A stretch of DNA of 64,000 nt from an uncultured cyanobacterium (GTDB taxonomy: Bacteria; Cyanobacteriota; Cyanobacteriia; Cyanobacteriales; CAWUOF01). Under the pieces are notes generated by a model. It worked only from the letters and a program-made list of their open reading frames with translations. It was not told the origin of the DNA and searched no databases. Positions 62,388-64,000 of the stretch are shown in pieces (positions within the stretch are counted from its first letter, which is position 1; every line of letters starts with the position of its first letter). Both the position numbers and the translations under genes were made by a program. The stretch is taken from positions 2,112,001 through 2,176,000 of the forward strand of contig CAVUSO010000001.1 in the NCBI GenBank assembly GCA_963744145.1. Reading direction: 5' to 3'.

Positions 62388-64000
62388 TTATTTTTCCAGA
62401 TATTCCCCGGAAGTAATGTTGGTAACTTCGTCTAGTTCCTGCTCTTGATCGACGAAATTTTGGACATAAGTTTGATATTTTTTTAGATTTTGCTCTACCT
62501 CATCGCGATCGTCACCATTAGCAAAAATATGTACTAGCGGTTCACCAGCATCGGGCAAAATTAAGATCCAGTTATCAAAGGATTGGTTAAATATCTTCAC
62601 CCCATCAACCAACTCCAACCGTTCCGCTGGATGAGTTTCTACTAAATGACGCATTAAAGCACCCTTAACTGTCCAGGGACAACGGACCGTATAACTCCGA
62701 TGCCAAACATGGGGTAAATCAACGCAAATTTGACCAATAGAACGCTCTTGGATCGTCAACATTTCAATTAACTTAGCCACACAGAACATCGCATCAAATC
62801 CAGGATGTAATTGGGGAAAAATAAAGCCCGTTTCCGCGCTACCACCTAAAACCACATTGGGATGACTGTGACAAGTTTCCATTAAGGCTGCTGGATTTGC
62901 CTTAGTCCGAATTACACTAGCATTATAACGACGTGCTACATTTTCCACCGCACTCGAAGTCTGTACCGGTACTACCACTGCTGCACGGGGATGAGCAACC
63001 AGAACCATATTCACCATCAAAGCAGTTAATCTTTCTCCACGAATGGCGATTCCTGCTTCATCAACTACGATTAACTGTTCTCCATTAGCTGATATTTGGA
63101 CTCCAAAATTAGCTTTGAGAGCTTCAACTACATGACCAAGTTGAATCAGCAAACCTTCCCTTTCCGCTGATGAAGGTAAACTTTGATTGAGACTGGCATT
63201 AAGTACCACCGCATCAGCCCCAAATTTGTCTAAAAGCTGGGGAAGGATTGCTCCAGAAACTGCATAAACATAATCAATTACCACCTTAGCGCCACTATGA
63301 CGAATTGCCTCTACATTTAGATGACGCTCAAAAGCGCGGGCATAAATTTCCAGAATTTGGCTGGGGTAAGCCATATTGCCAATTTCGTCAATTTGAGCCC
63401 GTCGAATATCTTCTTTGAAATAAGCACCTTCTATTTTTTTCTCACGGGCTTTGGTAATATTGATTCCCTTATTATCTAAAAATTCAATCAGGATATAATC
63501 AGGGCGATCGGGATGAACTCGAGCATGAATTGCACCAGCGATCGATAAGGTCGGAATAATAGTCCGAGCAATAGGAATGGATGTAGCTTCCAGGTTATGG
63601 ACATTAATCCCCACGGACATTAAACCTGCGACTAAAGACCGAGAAACCATCCGGGAGATTCCTCTTTGGTCGCGGGAAACAGCGACATGAGAACCTGGTT
63701 TTAAAGTCGATCCGTAGGCAGCTCCTAATTTGACCGCGAATTCTGGGGTAATATCTATATTCGCTAATCCACTGACTCCGCGCTGACCGAATAAATTGCG
63801 ATGAGCTGTGTGTCCCCAGATTAAATTGATATTTAAAATCGCGCCAGATTCCACTTCTTTACTGGGCCACACCCGCACTCCTGGACTAATTTGGGCTTCT
63901 TCCCCCACACGGGACAGAGACCCAACCACCGCTCCTTCCATCACATGGGCACGGCGATCGACCCGAGTACCACGGGAAATCACACAAGCTCGCAGATTAA
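62388..64000 (-). CDS. Bifunctional mannose-1-phosphate guanylyltransferase/phosphomannomutase-like protein; 5' part outside the window
   Basis: Hexapeptide repeats followed by LFGQRGVSGLAN.DITPEFA, VSRD, DGVKI PGM/PMM fold. Confidence 0.88.
   Translation of the reverse strand, partial: NLRACVISRGTRVDRRAHVMEGAVVGSLSRVGEEAQISPGVRVWPSKEVESGAILNINLIWGHTAHRNLFGQRGVSGLANIDITPEFAVKLGAAYGSTLKPGSHVAVSRDQRGISRMVSRSLVAGLMSVGINVHNLEATSIPIARTIIPTLSIAGAIHARVHPDRPDYILIEFLDNKGINITKAREKKIEGAYFKEDIRRAQIDEIGNMAYPSQILEIYARAFERHLNVEAIRHSGAKVVIDYVYAVSGAILPQLLDKFGADAVVLNASLNQSLPSSAEREGLLIQLGHVVEALKANFGVQISANGEQLIVVDEAGIAIRGERLTALMVNMVLVAHPRAAVVVPVQTSSAVENVARRYNASVIRTKANPAALMETCHSHPNVVLGGSAETGFIFPQLHPGFDAMFCVAKLIEMLTIQERSIGQICVDLPHVWHRSYTVRCPWTVKGALMRHLVETHPAERLELVDGVKIFNQSFDNWILILPDAGEPLVHIFANGDDRDEVEQNLKKYQTYVQNFVDQEQELDEVTNITSGEYLEK

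Noticed and set aside
62388..63800. Missing phospho-serine SHN motif in the PMM domain (IHARVHP) as a novelty
   Set aside because: As I recall, this degeneracy is usual in cyanobacterial GMPP-PMM fusion proteins

Overview
AT-rich cyanobacterial chromosomal segment; the HIP1 octamer GCGATCGC is pervasive and the proteins are typical cyanobacterial ones. Housekeeping-type genes include a GH13 glycosidase, ABC1 kinase, DegT aminotransferase, fetB, sucCD, leuB, pilD, glcEF, SulP, ssb and a GMPP/PMM. They flank two notable blocks. (1) At 12.7-25.9 kb, one ABC ATPase is followed by seven permease-like paralogues. Six of these are a recent tandem expansion with conserved transmembrane cores and variable, Cys-bracketed, sometimes proline-repeat loops. 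The copies are mosaic, two are fused by a TAG>CAG change, the distal two are decaying, and the spacers still carry the duplication junction (permease fragment joined to a sucD fragment). (2) At 30.6-50.4 kb, a co-oriented ~20 kb signalling cluster holds an adenylate cyclase, a REC-GGDEF-EAL protein, a binding protein coupled to a kinase, several hybrid kinases, and a two-GAF cyanobacteriochrome kinase with a DXCF GAF and a probable far-red GAF. Intergenic DNA has REP/MITE elements, including 24-bp mini-elements nested two and three deep, with empty sites visible in the same window. Two antitoxin genes have only remnants of their toxins. No rRNA, tRNA, CRISPR array, transposase or reverse transcriptase was recognised. 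All family assignments are from motif reading; no database search was run.
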